Positions 17,417 to 24,915 of a stretch of DNA of 64,000 nucleotides are shown piece by piece. A program made the translations under genes and the position numbers. Below the pieces are notes generated by a model. It had not been told where the DNA came from, ran no database searches, and was given only the letters and a program-made list of their open reading frames with translations. Origin of the DNA: an uncultured Clostridia bacterium (GTDB lineage Bacteria > Bacillota > Clostridia > Christensenellales > CAG-138); assembly GCA_946625575.1 (NCBI GenBank), contig CAMOTD010000005.1:34000-97999 (forward strand), in the 5' to 3' direction. Position 1 is the first letter of the stretch, and each line of letters opens with the position of its first letter.

Positions 17417-18103
17417 ATGGAAAGAAGCAAAGTGATATGTCACATGTACGTTTCCATCGACGGTAAGATCGACGGGAGATATATGGATGGGGACGACCGC
17501 TCGGATTCGGGCGAATTCTACGACGTCGCCATTTGGGAAATGGGCAACGCCAACGCCAACGGCAGAAACACCGCCGAGATGTATTTCGCGCACGAGGATA
17601 TCGACTATTCAAAATACGATACGGCGGGCATAGAGTATGAGGATCACGTTATCCGTTCCGATTACTACTGGGTGATATTCGACCGCAGGGGCTCCTGCAA
17701 CTGGGGCGTAAACGAAGTGGAATACGGCGGCAAGACCGCGAAAGTCGTCATGGTGCTGACAAAGCAGGTGAAAAAAGAGTATCTCGCGCACCTTCGCTCT
17801 CTGGGTATCGCGTACGTATTCGCGGGCGAGACCGATATGGATCTTGAGCTCGCACTCCATAAGCTCAAAACCTGTTTCGGCATAGACAACCTGATTCTCT
17901 GTGGAGGCGCGACGATAAACGGCGCATTCCACGAGGCCGGGCTGATCGACGAAATATCGCTCGTGATGGCTCCCTACATCGAAGGCGATCATGCCGAAAA
18001 GGGCTTTGCTGAGCTTGGCGGCTATCTCGGCAGAAAGTACATATTCAAGTCTGTAAAGCCGTTCGAGGACGGCGGGATACAGCTTATTTTCAAAGCAATA
18101 TAA
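17417..18103 (+). CDS. RibD C-terminal / dihydrofolate-reductase-like family protein
   Basis: VICHMYVSIDGKIDG N-terminus and ...LILCGGATINGAFHEAGLIDEISLVMAP. Confidence 0.7.
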   Translation: MERSKVICHMYVSIDGKIDGRYMDGDDRSDSGEFYDVAIWEMGNANANGRNTAEMYFAHEDIDYSKYDTAGIEYEDHVIRSDYYWVIFDRRGSCNWGVNEVEYGGKTAKVVMVLTKQVKKEYLAHLRSLGIAYVFAGETDMDLELALHKLKTCFGIDNLILCGGATINGAFHEAGLIDEISLVMAPYIEGDHAEKGFAELGGYLGRKYIFKSVKPFEDGGIQLIFKAI

Positions 18104-18121
18104 AACCGGAGGTATAACAAA

Positions 18122-18685
18122 ATGAAACACGAGATCAAAACCACCGAGGCCATCTTCCCTATGCCCGTACTGCTCATTTCGACCTTTAACGAAGACGGCA
18201 CGGTCGACGTGATGAACGCCGCGTGGGGCACAATGCTCAGCCGCGATATGGTCGCGCTGAACCTCACAGAAACGCACAGGACTGTGCAGAACATCAAGGC
18301 GAGGAAGGGCTTCGTCGTGCATATCGCGGACGCGAAGCATGTCGTTGAGGCGGACTGGTTCGGCGTCGTCAGCGGCAAGAAGGATCCTGATAAGTTCAAA
18401 AAGTCCGGCATGACCTATGAAAGATCCGCTCTTGTCGACGCTCCGATAATCAACGAGCTGCCTATCGCGCTCGAGTGCGAGTTCATCGAGTATCAGTCCG
18501 ACGCGACTGGCCTCGGCGTCATCGGAAAGGTTCTTCGCACCTCCGTTGAGGAAGCCAACATGAAGGACGGCAAGGTCGATATCGACTCCCTCGAGGCGAT
18601 CGCCTTCGATCCCTACACGCACGGCTATTACAAGGTCGCCGGCAGAGTCGGCGACGCGTTTAAGGACGGATTAAAGCTTAAATAA
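18122..18685 (+). CDS. flavin reductase-like (FMN-binding split-barrel) protein
   Basis: FPMPVLLISTFNEDGTVDVMNAAWGTM...GFVVHI. Confidence 0.75.
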   Translation: MKHEIKTTEAIFPMPVLLISTFNEDGTVDVMNAAWGTMLSRDMVALNLTETHRTVQNIKARKGFVVHIADAKHVVEADWFGVVSGKKDPDKFKKSGMTYERSALVDAPIINELPIALECEFIEYQSDATGLGVIGKVLRTSVEEANMKDGKVDIDSLEAIAFDPYTHGYYKVAGRVGDAFKDGLKLK

Positions 18686-18724
18686 TTGCCGAATCAAAAT
18701 ACAGGAATCGGGAGGACAGAGGTC

Positions 18725-19414
18725 ATGAAACGCCGGATCTGCGTGGTTTTACTGATTCTGATGGCCACAGCCCTGTGCGCGTGCAGAGGGACCGGCGGCA
18801 CTGTCGAGCCGCAGAATACCGAAGCTCCGGAGCAGACGACTGATGCTCCGGATACTGCGGAGCCTTCCGCAACCGAACAGCCCGAAACCGGGTCAAGAGT
18901 TCTCGTCGTGTATTTTTCAAGGACGGGTGAGCAGTACGGGGTAGGCGTGATCGACAAGGGGAATACCGCTGTCGTCGCCGGGATGATCGCGGAGAAGACC
19001 GGCGCGGATATGTTCGAGATCCTGCCGGAGACCGACTATTATCCCTATACCTATAATGAGCTGACCGATATCGCAAAGAAGGAACAGAGCGAGAACGCTC
19101 GCCCTGCGATCCGCGGCGAGCTGCCCGATCTTTCGCAGTATGACACTATCTTTATCGGCGCTCCGGTGTGGTGGGGAGACTGGCCTATGATAATGTACAG
19201 CTTCTTTGAAAACGCCGATCTTTCCGGCAAAAAGCTCGTGCCGTTCTCCACGCATGAGGGCAGCGGACTTTCGGGCTTTGATAAAAAGCTCGCCTCTGCA
19301 GTTCCCGGGGCTGAGGTGCTGACAGGTCAGGCTTTCCGCGGAAGCGACTGCCAAAACAATAAATCAAAGGTCGAGAGCTCTGTGAGCGATTGGCTTAATG
19401 GACTCGGATACTAA
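18725..19414 (+). CDS. lipoprotein with flavodoxin-like domain
   Basis: Start at MKRRICVV (GGGAGGA RBS). Lipobox LCAC. VVYFSRTGEQYG...IFIGAPVWWGDWP...VPFSTHEGSG. Confidence 0.7.
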   Translation: MKRRICVVLLILMATALCACRGTGGTVEPQNTEAPEQTTDAPDTAEPSATEQPETGSRVLVVYFSRTGEQYGVGVIDKGNTAVVAGMIAEKTGADMFEILPETDYYPYTYNELTDIAKKEQSENARPAIRGELPDLSQYDTIFIGAPVWWGDWPMIMYSFFENADLSGKKLVPFSTHEGSGLSGFDKKLASAVPGAEVLTGQAFRGSDCQNNKSKVESSVSDWLNGLGY

Positions 19415-19430
19415 TAGAAAGGGAAACAAA

Positions 19431-20189
19431 ATGAGCAAAAAGATAGTACAGACCGCAGGGCGTGATCAGCTTGGCGAATTCGCGCCTATGTTCGCTCACC
19501 TCAACGACGACGTGCTTTTCGGCGAGGTATGGAACGAGACCGCGATAGACGTCAAAACGAAATGCATCGTCACGGTGGTTTCACTTATGGCGTCGGGGAT
19601 CACCGATTCGTCGCTTGTCTATCACCTGCAAAACGCCAAGAACAACGGCGTTACCAAGGATGAGATTGCCGCGATAATCACCCACGCGACGATGTACGTC
19701 GGCTGGCCGAAGGGTTGGGCGGTGTTCCGCATGGCAAAGGAGATCTGGAACGAAGAGACGCCCGCGCTGACAGAAAAGGAAAGGTATCAGAATGAGATCT
19801 TCTTCCCGTTAGGCGATCCGAACGACGCGTACGCACAATATTTTAAGGGACAAAGCTATCTCGCGCCGCTCACTTTTTCACAGGTCCCTACGTTCAACGT
19901 GACCTTTGAGCCCGGGTGCCGCAACAACTGGCATATCCACCACGCCAAATCGGGCGGCGGACAGATGCTCATCTGCGTCGGCGGCAGGGGCTGGTACTGC
20001 GAGGAAGGCAAAGAAGCCGTAGAAATGATGCCCGGTACCGTTATCAACATTCCCGCTAACGTCAAGCACTGGCACGGCGCCGCAGCGGACAGCTGGTTCT
20101 CCCATCTTGCAATGGAGATACCCGGAGAGGGAACTTCGGCCGAATGGTGCGAGCCCGTAACGGACGAGGAGTACGGCAAGCTGAAATGA
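19431..20189 (+). CDS. carboxymuconolactone decarboxylase (CMD)-family / cupin fusion protein
   Basis: Start at MSKKIVQ with its RBS. CMD-like LFGEVWNETAIDVKTKCIVTVVSLMASG. Cupin NNWHIHHAKSGGGQMLICVGGRGWY...HWHGA. Confidence 0.7.
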   Translation: MSKKIVQTAGRDQLGEFAPMFAHLNDDVLFGEVWNETAIDVKTKCIVTVVSLMASGITDSSLVYHLQNAKNNGVTKDEIAAIITHATMYVGWPKGWAVFRMAKEIWNEETPALTEKERYQNEIFFPLGDPNDAYAQYFKGQSYLAPLTFSQVPTFNVTFEPGCRNNWHIHHAKSGGGQMLICVGGRGWYCEEGKEAVEMMPGTVINIPANVKHWHGAAADSWFSHLAMEIPGEGTSAEWCEPVTDEEYGKLK

Positions 20190-20512
20190 TCACGATCAAC
20201 ATCTACTACAAAGGCAAAAACGGCAGCGCGCGCAGATTTGCCGAAGAAATGGAGAACCGAGGGACAGCCGAAGCGATCCGCGCGGAAGAGGGCAATATCC
20301 GCTACGAGTACTTCTATCCCAGGAACGACTGCGAAACGGTCCTTCTGATCGACGCATGGGAGGATCAGGCTGCTCTTGATGCTCATCATGCCTCGCCTAT
20401 GATGCAGACTATATCCGTTTTGCGTGAAAAGTACGATCTTCACATGACGGTCGAACGCTATGTTTCGTCAGACTGCAAACAGCCGGATGAGGAGCGATTT
20501 ATCCGGGAATAG
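20186..20512 (+). CDS. antibiotic-biosynthesis-monooxygenase (ABM) domain protein
   Basis: About 108 aa. ITINIYYKGKNG...LLIDAWEDQAALDAHHASPMM pattern. ATGA overlap with the upstream stop. Confidence 0.6.
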   Translation: MITINIYYKGKNGSARRFAEEMENRGTAEAIRAEEGNIRYEYFYPRNDCETVLLIDAWEDQAALDAHHASPMMQTISVLREKYDLHMTVERYVSSDCKQPDEERFIRE

Positions 20513-20515
20513 GGC

Positions 20516-21181
20516 ATGAAAAAGAAAACCGTAAAAACGATCCTCGATATCCTGATGATCGCTGCGCTGCCTGTGCTGATGGCGTATTCGCTCGCAGGGG
20601 AGACTCTGCATGAGATCGTCGGCACGGCAATGCTCGTGCTGTTCATACTGCACCATATCCTGAACCGCAGATCGACTGCGGCGATGTTCAGAGGAAAGCA
20701 GTCCGCGGTCAGGATCGTCAATACGGTACTCAATATCATTCTTTTCGCCGTGATGATACTTCTCCCGGTCAGCGGGATCGTGATGTCGAAGCATCTCTAC
20801 ACGTTCCTGCCGACCGCAGGCCTCTCCGCGATCGCGCGCACGGCGCATCTCATACTGTCCTACTGGGGCTTCGCGCTGATGAGCGTTCACCTCGGTTTTC
20901 ACGCGGACGTATGGCTTGGCAGGCTGAAAAAGTATAAGGCGGCGTTCGTCATTCTCGCCGCTGCCGTCACGCTTATCGCAGCGTACGGCGCGTATGCGTT
21001 CATCGCAAACCGCATCTATGAGTACATGTTCCTCAAAACGCGGTTCGTCTTCTTCGATTTCGACAAGCCGCTGACTTTGGTTTTCGCGGAGTACCTTTCG
21101 ATGATCGTCCTGTTCGCGTGGATAGGGTATTGGGTGAAGGAACTTCTTAAAATCTTTAAAAAGAGTAAAACAATGGTATAA
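20516..21181 (+). CDS. DUF4405-like (cytochrome-b-like) membrane protein
   Basis: Multi-pass membrane protein with conserved His (LHEIVG...LFILHHILNRR...MSKHLY...AHLILSYWGFALMSVHLGFH). Confidence 0.6.
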   Translation: MKKKTVKTILDILMIAALPVLMAYSLAGETLHEIVGTAMLVLFILHHILNRRSTAAMFRGKQSAVRIVNTVLNIILFAVMILLPVSGIVMSKHLYTFLPTAGLSAIARTAHLILSYWGFALMSVHLGFHADVWLGRLKKYKAAFVILAAAVTLIAAYGAYAFIANRIYEYMFLKTRFVFFDFDKPLTLVFAEYLSMIVLFAWIGYWVKELLKIFKKSKTMV

Positions 21182-21293
21182 AACCAACAGGAGCCGGTTT
21201 ACGCTGCTGTAGAGTTTGAAATCTCATTGCTCTCAAATGATGAACAGCCCGCGGTCGCATGACCACGGGCTGTCATTTGCTTTGTGTCCGTTA

Positions 21294-21497
21294 TTATTTC
21301 ATCTCGAGCCCGTCCTTGAAGGCGCTGCCGACCCTGCCGCCGACCTTGTAATAGCCGAGGGTATAGGGATCGAAGGCGATCGCCTCGAGAGCGTCGATAT
21401 CGACCTTGCCGTCCTTCATTACAGCTTCCTCAACGGAGGTGCGCAGCACCTTGCCGATAACGCCTGTTCCGGTCTCGTCGTTCTGATAATCCTGCTC
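21294..21497 (-). pseudogene. 3' relic of a flavin reductase paralogue
   Basis: My translation gives EQDYQNDETGTGVIGKVLRTSVEEAVMKDGKVDIDALEAIAFDPYTLGYYKVGGRVGSAFKDGLEMK*, preceded by an in-frame TGA (21498-21500). 54 of 67 residues are identical to the C-terminus of the 18122..18685 product. Confidence 0.75.
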
Positions 21498-21516
21498 TCA
21501 AGCCTGAAAACCAAAC

Positions 21517-21999
21517 TCATTTCTCATGCACGAGCTTGCCGCTCATGTGCTCGACAGCGATCTCCATAATTCGGACACGATCGAGATCGCGCGCGAGCTC
21601 TGCGTCGAGCTCATCCATGCTCGGGTAATACTTCATGCCGAACGCCCGGGCCTTTTCGTATTTGACGGCGTTGTCCCCGACCTGCTTGGCGCGTCCGAAC
21701 ACGATCACGCTCTTTACGTAATACGACCAGTCGCCGCGCTGCTCACCCGCGTCGTGCGCGGTAAAGCAGACCTTGTCGCAATTGCTCATCGCGTCGGCCT
21801 TGTGTCCCTCGCGCGAGCAATGGAAATAGATCCTGTTTTCGGCTTCATCATAAAGATAATTGATGGGCAGCGCGTAGGGATAGCCGCCGTCGCCTATGAC
21901 GGCAAGCGTGCCCCGCTTTTCGGTTTTGAGAAGGCTTTTGCATTCCTCTTCGGAAAGCGCCTGCTTAAAGCGGCGCATGGGCCTGAAAGACTGTTCCAT
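21517..21999 (-). CDS. pyridoxamine 5'-phosphate oxidase family (FMN-binding) protein
   Basis: RGTLAVIGDGGYPYALPINYLYDEAENRIYFHCSREGHK. Confidence 0.8.
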   Translation of the reverse strand: MEQSFRPMRRFKQALSEEECKSLLKTEKRGTLAVIGDGGYPYALPINYLYDEAENRIYFHCSREGHKADAMSNCDKVCFTAHDAGEQRGDWSYYVKSVIVFGRAKQVGDNAVKYEKARAFGMKYYPSMDELDAELARDLDRVRIMEIAVEHMSGKLVHEK

Positions 22000-22005
22000 A
22001 TTATT

Positions 22006-22394
22006 TTACTCCATATCGTTAAGTTTGATCTCGATCCTGTTGAGGGTGTTGAAGAATCGCTCTGTCGCTATCATCGGCCCGAAGCATAGGCAGCCGAGCA
22101 TATTCCACCAAAACATGTGCCGCCGCGAGGTGTGCGGGCCTTCGACGCCCATTTCGACGGCTTTGGCTTCAGCTCCTCCGCGATCCGCGCCATCCATACG
22201 AGGGTGTAGATGAACAGCGTCGGGATGCCTAAAAGATACGCCTGCCAATATGGACGCACCTTATGGCCTAGGGCTTCCTCAAGCTCGCCCTGCAGACCTC
22301 CGAACGGCATATAGAACAGGAAGAACAGCCCCGCGGTAAAGAAATCTATATAACCGAGCCAGAAGCCCTTTCGTTTTGTGTGAGTGAATCTCAT
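22006..22394 (-). pseudogene. DUF4234-like membrane protein with apparent 1-nt frameshift
   Basis: It starts at MRFTHTKRKGFW (GGAG RBS). The reading frame switches near 22166: ...WMARIAEELK continues sensibly only in the frame of ORF 22006..22248 (AKAVEMGVEGP...FWWNMLG...). A missing G in AAG(G)CC would restore it. Confidence 0.5.
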
Positions 22395-22595
22395 GCGCGC
22401 TCCGAATACACAAATATAACTTTCTACAGCAATTATACCACAGATAACAGCGGGAGGAAACAATGTGTTATGAGATCGTGCGGGACCCATCAACAAAGAG
22501 ATTTGGCGCCCGATGATACGCGCTTCAAGGTGCCGAATTTGGCCGAAAACAAAAGAGCGCAAAAGAGAAAAGTCCTTGATTTACAAGGACTTTTC

Positions 22596-22768
22596 TGGCC
22601 TCCCCGGCAGGCGATTATGCGTTCGAATCCACACTCAAGAGTGTGAAAAAGAACACCCCACCGGGTGGTGGAGTGTTCTTTTTGGCCTCCCCGGCAGCGA
22701 TTTCGCGTTCGAATCCACACTCAAGAGTGTGAAAAAGAACACCCCACGGGGTGGTGGAGTGTTCTTTT
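22596..22768 (-). repeat. two tandem 86-88 bp units, each holding a terminator hairpin, a CACACTCTTGAGTGTG hairpin and a copy of the tRNA-Arg 3' end
   Basis: Units span 22596-22683 and 22684-22768/9. Each begins (plus strand) with TGGCCTCCCCGGC, identical to the last 13 nt of the adjacent tRNA including CCA, then GCGATT...GTTCGAATCC. Confidence 0.85.
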
Positions 22769-22845
22769 TGGCCTCCCCGGCGCGATTCGAACGCGCGACC
22801 TTTCGCTTAGGAGGCGAACGCTCTATCCTGCTGAGCTACGGAGAG
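22769..22845 (-). tRNA. tRNA-Arg (anticodon CCT), CCA encoded
   Basis: Hand-folded cloverleaf. Acceptor CTCTCCG/CGGGGAG, D arm GCTC-AGCAGGATA-GAGC, anticodon arm TTCGC-CTCCTAA-GCGAA, variable AGGTC, T arm GCGCG-TTCGAAT-CGCGC, G-CCA. 77 nt. Confidence 0.9.
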
Positions 22846-22872
22846 AAGGCTCTTTCATAAGGACCGTCTATT

Positions 22873-22901
22873 ATCATATCAAATAGGTCGGGGGTTGTCA
22901 A
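22873..22901 (-). promoter_or_regulatory. putative tRNA promoter
   Basis: Minus strand TTGACA (22896-22901), 17 nt, TATGAT (22873-22878). About 27 nt upstream of the tRNA 5' end. Confidence 0.55.
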
Positions 22902-22968
22902 CAAGAAAAAGCCTGGAGCGGCAAAATATATGCGGGCATATATGCCGGCGCGGCGTGTATGGTCGGGA

Positions 22969-23499
22969 TCAGGGGAGTGTATGATCGTGAAAACGATCCT
23001 CGGTTAGTTCATAATCGACGGACGACTGCAGATTGCCGATCTGATCCCTCCACGAGTTTTCGTTCACGCGGAGCTTTTTGAAGCCGAGGAGCTCGTAAAC
23101 GTGCTGCGCCCTTTCGTTCGTTTTGTTGGTGTCGAGGACTATCTTCCGGTATCCTCTGCCGAACAGCTCCTTAATGAGCAGGCTCAGTATGACTCTGCCG
23201 AGCCCCCTTTCCCGGTATTCCGGTCTGCAGATCTTTATGCCGATCTCCGCGGAGAGGTCCGTACGGATGCGGAAGCTCATCTCGCCGATCGGCAAGCCGC
23301 GGTACTCAATGATAAGCCGGCGGCGCGTTTCATCTGTGTCGGTCGAGATGCTCGCGGCGATCTCGTCTGCGGTTATGCCAAGCCCGTTGGGGAACCCGGC
23401 GTGCGCCATCACGCTGCCGTCGTTCCACCATTCGGCGAGCAGGGCGCAGTCGCCTGCTTCGGCGTTTCGTATGCGGATGTCGTTATAATGTATGTCCAT
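22969..23499 (-). CDS. GNAT family N-acetyltransferase
   Basis: IRIRNAEAGDCALLAEWWNDGSVMAHAGF..., acetyl-CoA site RERGLGRVILSLLIKELF, ...NERAQHVYELLGF. GAGGA RBS 5 nt before the ATG at 23499. Confidence 0.8.
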   Translation of the reverse strand: MDIHYNDIRIRNAEAGDCALLAEWWNDGSVMAHAGFPNGLGITADEIAASISTDTDETRRRLIIEYRGLPIGEMSFRIRTDLSAEIGIKICRPEYRERGLGRVILSLLIKELFGRGYRKIVLDTNKTNERAQHVYELLGFKKLRVNENSWRDQIGNLQSSVDYELTEDRFHDHTLP

Positions 23500-24736
23500 T
23501 TTCATCCTCACTTGCCGCGGCGCGCCGCCTTGAGCGCTCCTCCTCCGAGCGGTCGTAATAGGCGTGAACGAGGCTCCTTAACCCCAGCGCCTTCATGTCC
23601 TCATAGCGGGCGCTGAAGCGCGCCTTTGTGCGTTTGCCCGTCAGCAGGAACCGCACGCAGTCCTGCGAGTAGCGGTCGATGATTCGCAGGCTCTCCGAGG
23701 TGGTGATAACGGGGAAGAACCAATACGTCCAGGTCAGCTCGTCCGCGGCGGGGTTCTCGAACAGCTTGCGGTTGAATACGCGTATGAACGCCTTTGCCGC
23801 CTTTTCGCCGTCAAGATCGTTTCGGTCGCGCCATCGGGCGAGGGCGCGGGCTTTCCTTCGCATCTTCGCCTTGATCTTTTTGACGGAAGCCGGCGCAACG
23901 TCTACCGTGCCGCCGCGGCATATGAAGCCGAGGAACGTGAAACCCTCACCGGGGCTTAGGAACTCCTCCTTCGAGGGATTCACGCTGAGCCCGCATTCGC
24001 TGAGGAAGCGGCGCACGGCGTCGGCGTGGGCGCGGACCTCCGCCTCCGTCGGGGCGAAGAGTATGATATCGTCGGAATACCTTGCGTAAGGCACGCCCGC
24101 CTCGAAAAACAGGAGGTCGAGCCCCGAAAGATACAGGTTCGCGCAGAACGAGGCGAGCGGCGTGCCCGCCATGATGCCCTTCTTCACACGCACGGGACGC
24201 CCGTTTTCGAGCGCATCGGGCTCGGACAGAAGGCGCGAGAGGAATTCGTAAAGCGGCTTATCGTCCGCTGTGACCTCCCGCAGCATCGGAAGGAGCCGCT
24301 CGACGGGTATCGAATTGAAATAGTCGCTCACGTCGACTTTATAGGAATACATTCGGGTAACGCCGGGCGTACGCAGCAGCGAAACGAGCGCGTCCTTCGC
24401 GGTGCGCCCGGGCCGGAACGAGAAGAGCACCGGCGCGAATATCCCGTCGTAACGGCGAAGGAGCAGGTAGGTAAGGAGCTTGAGCACCGTATTTTCACGC
24501 TCGGGATATGTGAAGACGATGCGCTTCTTCTGCGTGCTCATCTTGCTGATGACCGTCTTTTTGGGCAAGGGAAAAGCCCCGCCGCGCTTTATCGCTTCAA
24601 CGACGGGGAGCCAGCATTCGCCGTCTATGTAGTTGCGGAGCTTCCTTTTAAGCTCCTCCGGACAGACGAGCGAGGTCTTGTATTCGTAAAACCTCTCCCA
24701 GGCGCGCCGGTCGCCTAACAGATCGAGCATGCTCAT
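23483..24736 (-). CDS. free-standing reverse transcriptase (RNA-directed DNA polymerase) with thumb/X-like tail
   Basis: RT motifs 1-7 are in order, including GIMAGTPLASFCANLYLSGLD, YARYSDDIILF and FTFLGFI. Start taken at the first Met after the upstream gene (MSMLDLL); no obvious SD. The stop lies 17 nt inside the GNAT ORF. Confidence 0.85.
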   Translation of the reverse strand: MSMLDLLGDRRAWERFYEYKTSLVCPEELKRKLRNYIDGECWLPVVEAIKRGGAFPLPKKTVISKMSTQKKRIVFTYPERENTVLKLLTYLLLRRYDGIFAPVLFSFRPGRTAKDALVSLLRTPGVTRMYSYKVDVSDYFNSIPVERLLPMLREVTADDKPLYEFLSRLLSEPDALENGRPVRVKKGIMAGTPLASFCANLYLSGLDLLFFEAGVPYARYSDDIILFAPTEAEVRAHADAVRRFLSECGLSVNPSKEEFLSPGEGFTFLGFICRGGTVDVAPASVKKIKAKMRRKARALARWRDRNDLDGEKAAKAFIRVFNRKLFENPAADELTWTYWFFPVITTSESLRIIDRYSQDCVRFLLTGKRTKARFSARYEDMKALGLRSLVHAYYDRSEEERSRRRAAASEDENGHTL

Positions 24737-24915
24737 TTCAAAAGGCCGACCCGCGGGGCGGATCGGCAAAACAGCGGGGAAGTCTTTAAATTCAGGAAGT
24801 TCCTGAATGTACCGGGCCTTACACGGGCGGGCTGCCTGCGAAGCCGTATCAAAAGCCCGTGCCTTGTCCACAACAGGCGCGCAGTGCGTTCCCCGACCGC
24901 TTTCGGAGTTTGGGC

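Noticed and set aside
21216-21569. 117-aa plus-strand ORF.
   Set aside because: Its sequence (…GIGIEGDRLESVDIDLAVLH…) mirrors the antisense ORF of the intact flavin reductase (17609..18622). It is therefore the shadow of the minus-strand flavin-reductase relic, not a gene.
22596-22768. Possible CRISPR arrays at the three tandem-repeat loci (22.6, 36.4 and 45.8 kb).
   Set aside because: Whole units are repeated, with no unique spacers between short conserved repeats. There are only 2-3 units of 59-88 bp. No cas genes occur in the window. One array is plainly tRNA-derived.
16000-22900. Integrated genomic island at tRNA-Arg spanning the redox cluster.
   Set aside because: No integrase, recombinase, excisionase or transposase gene lies anywhere between the tRNA and 16 kb. 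No distal copy of the tRNA 3' end was seen beyond the two tandem units. G+C looks like the rest of the chromosome. Only the att-scar-like repeats and the pseudogenes hint at past mobility.
23483-24915. Retron (msr/msd plus RT).
   Set aside because: The RT lacks the retron-typical VTG and NAxxH signatures and has an FLGF-type motif 7 with an X-like tail. In the 179-nt upstream region I could not find the flanking a1/a2 inverted repeats expected around an msr/msd. This is not excluded formally without a covariance-model search.
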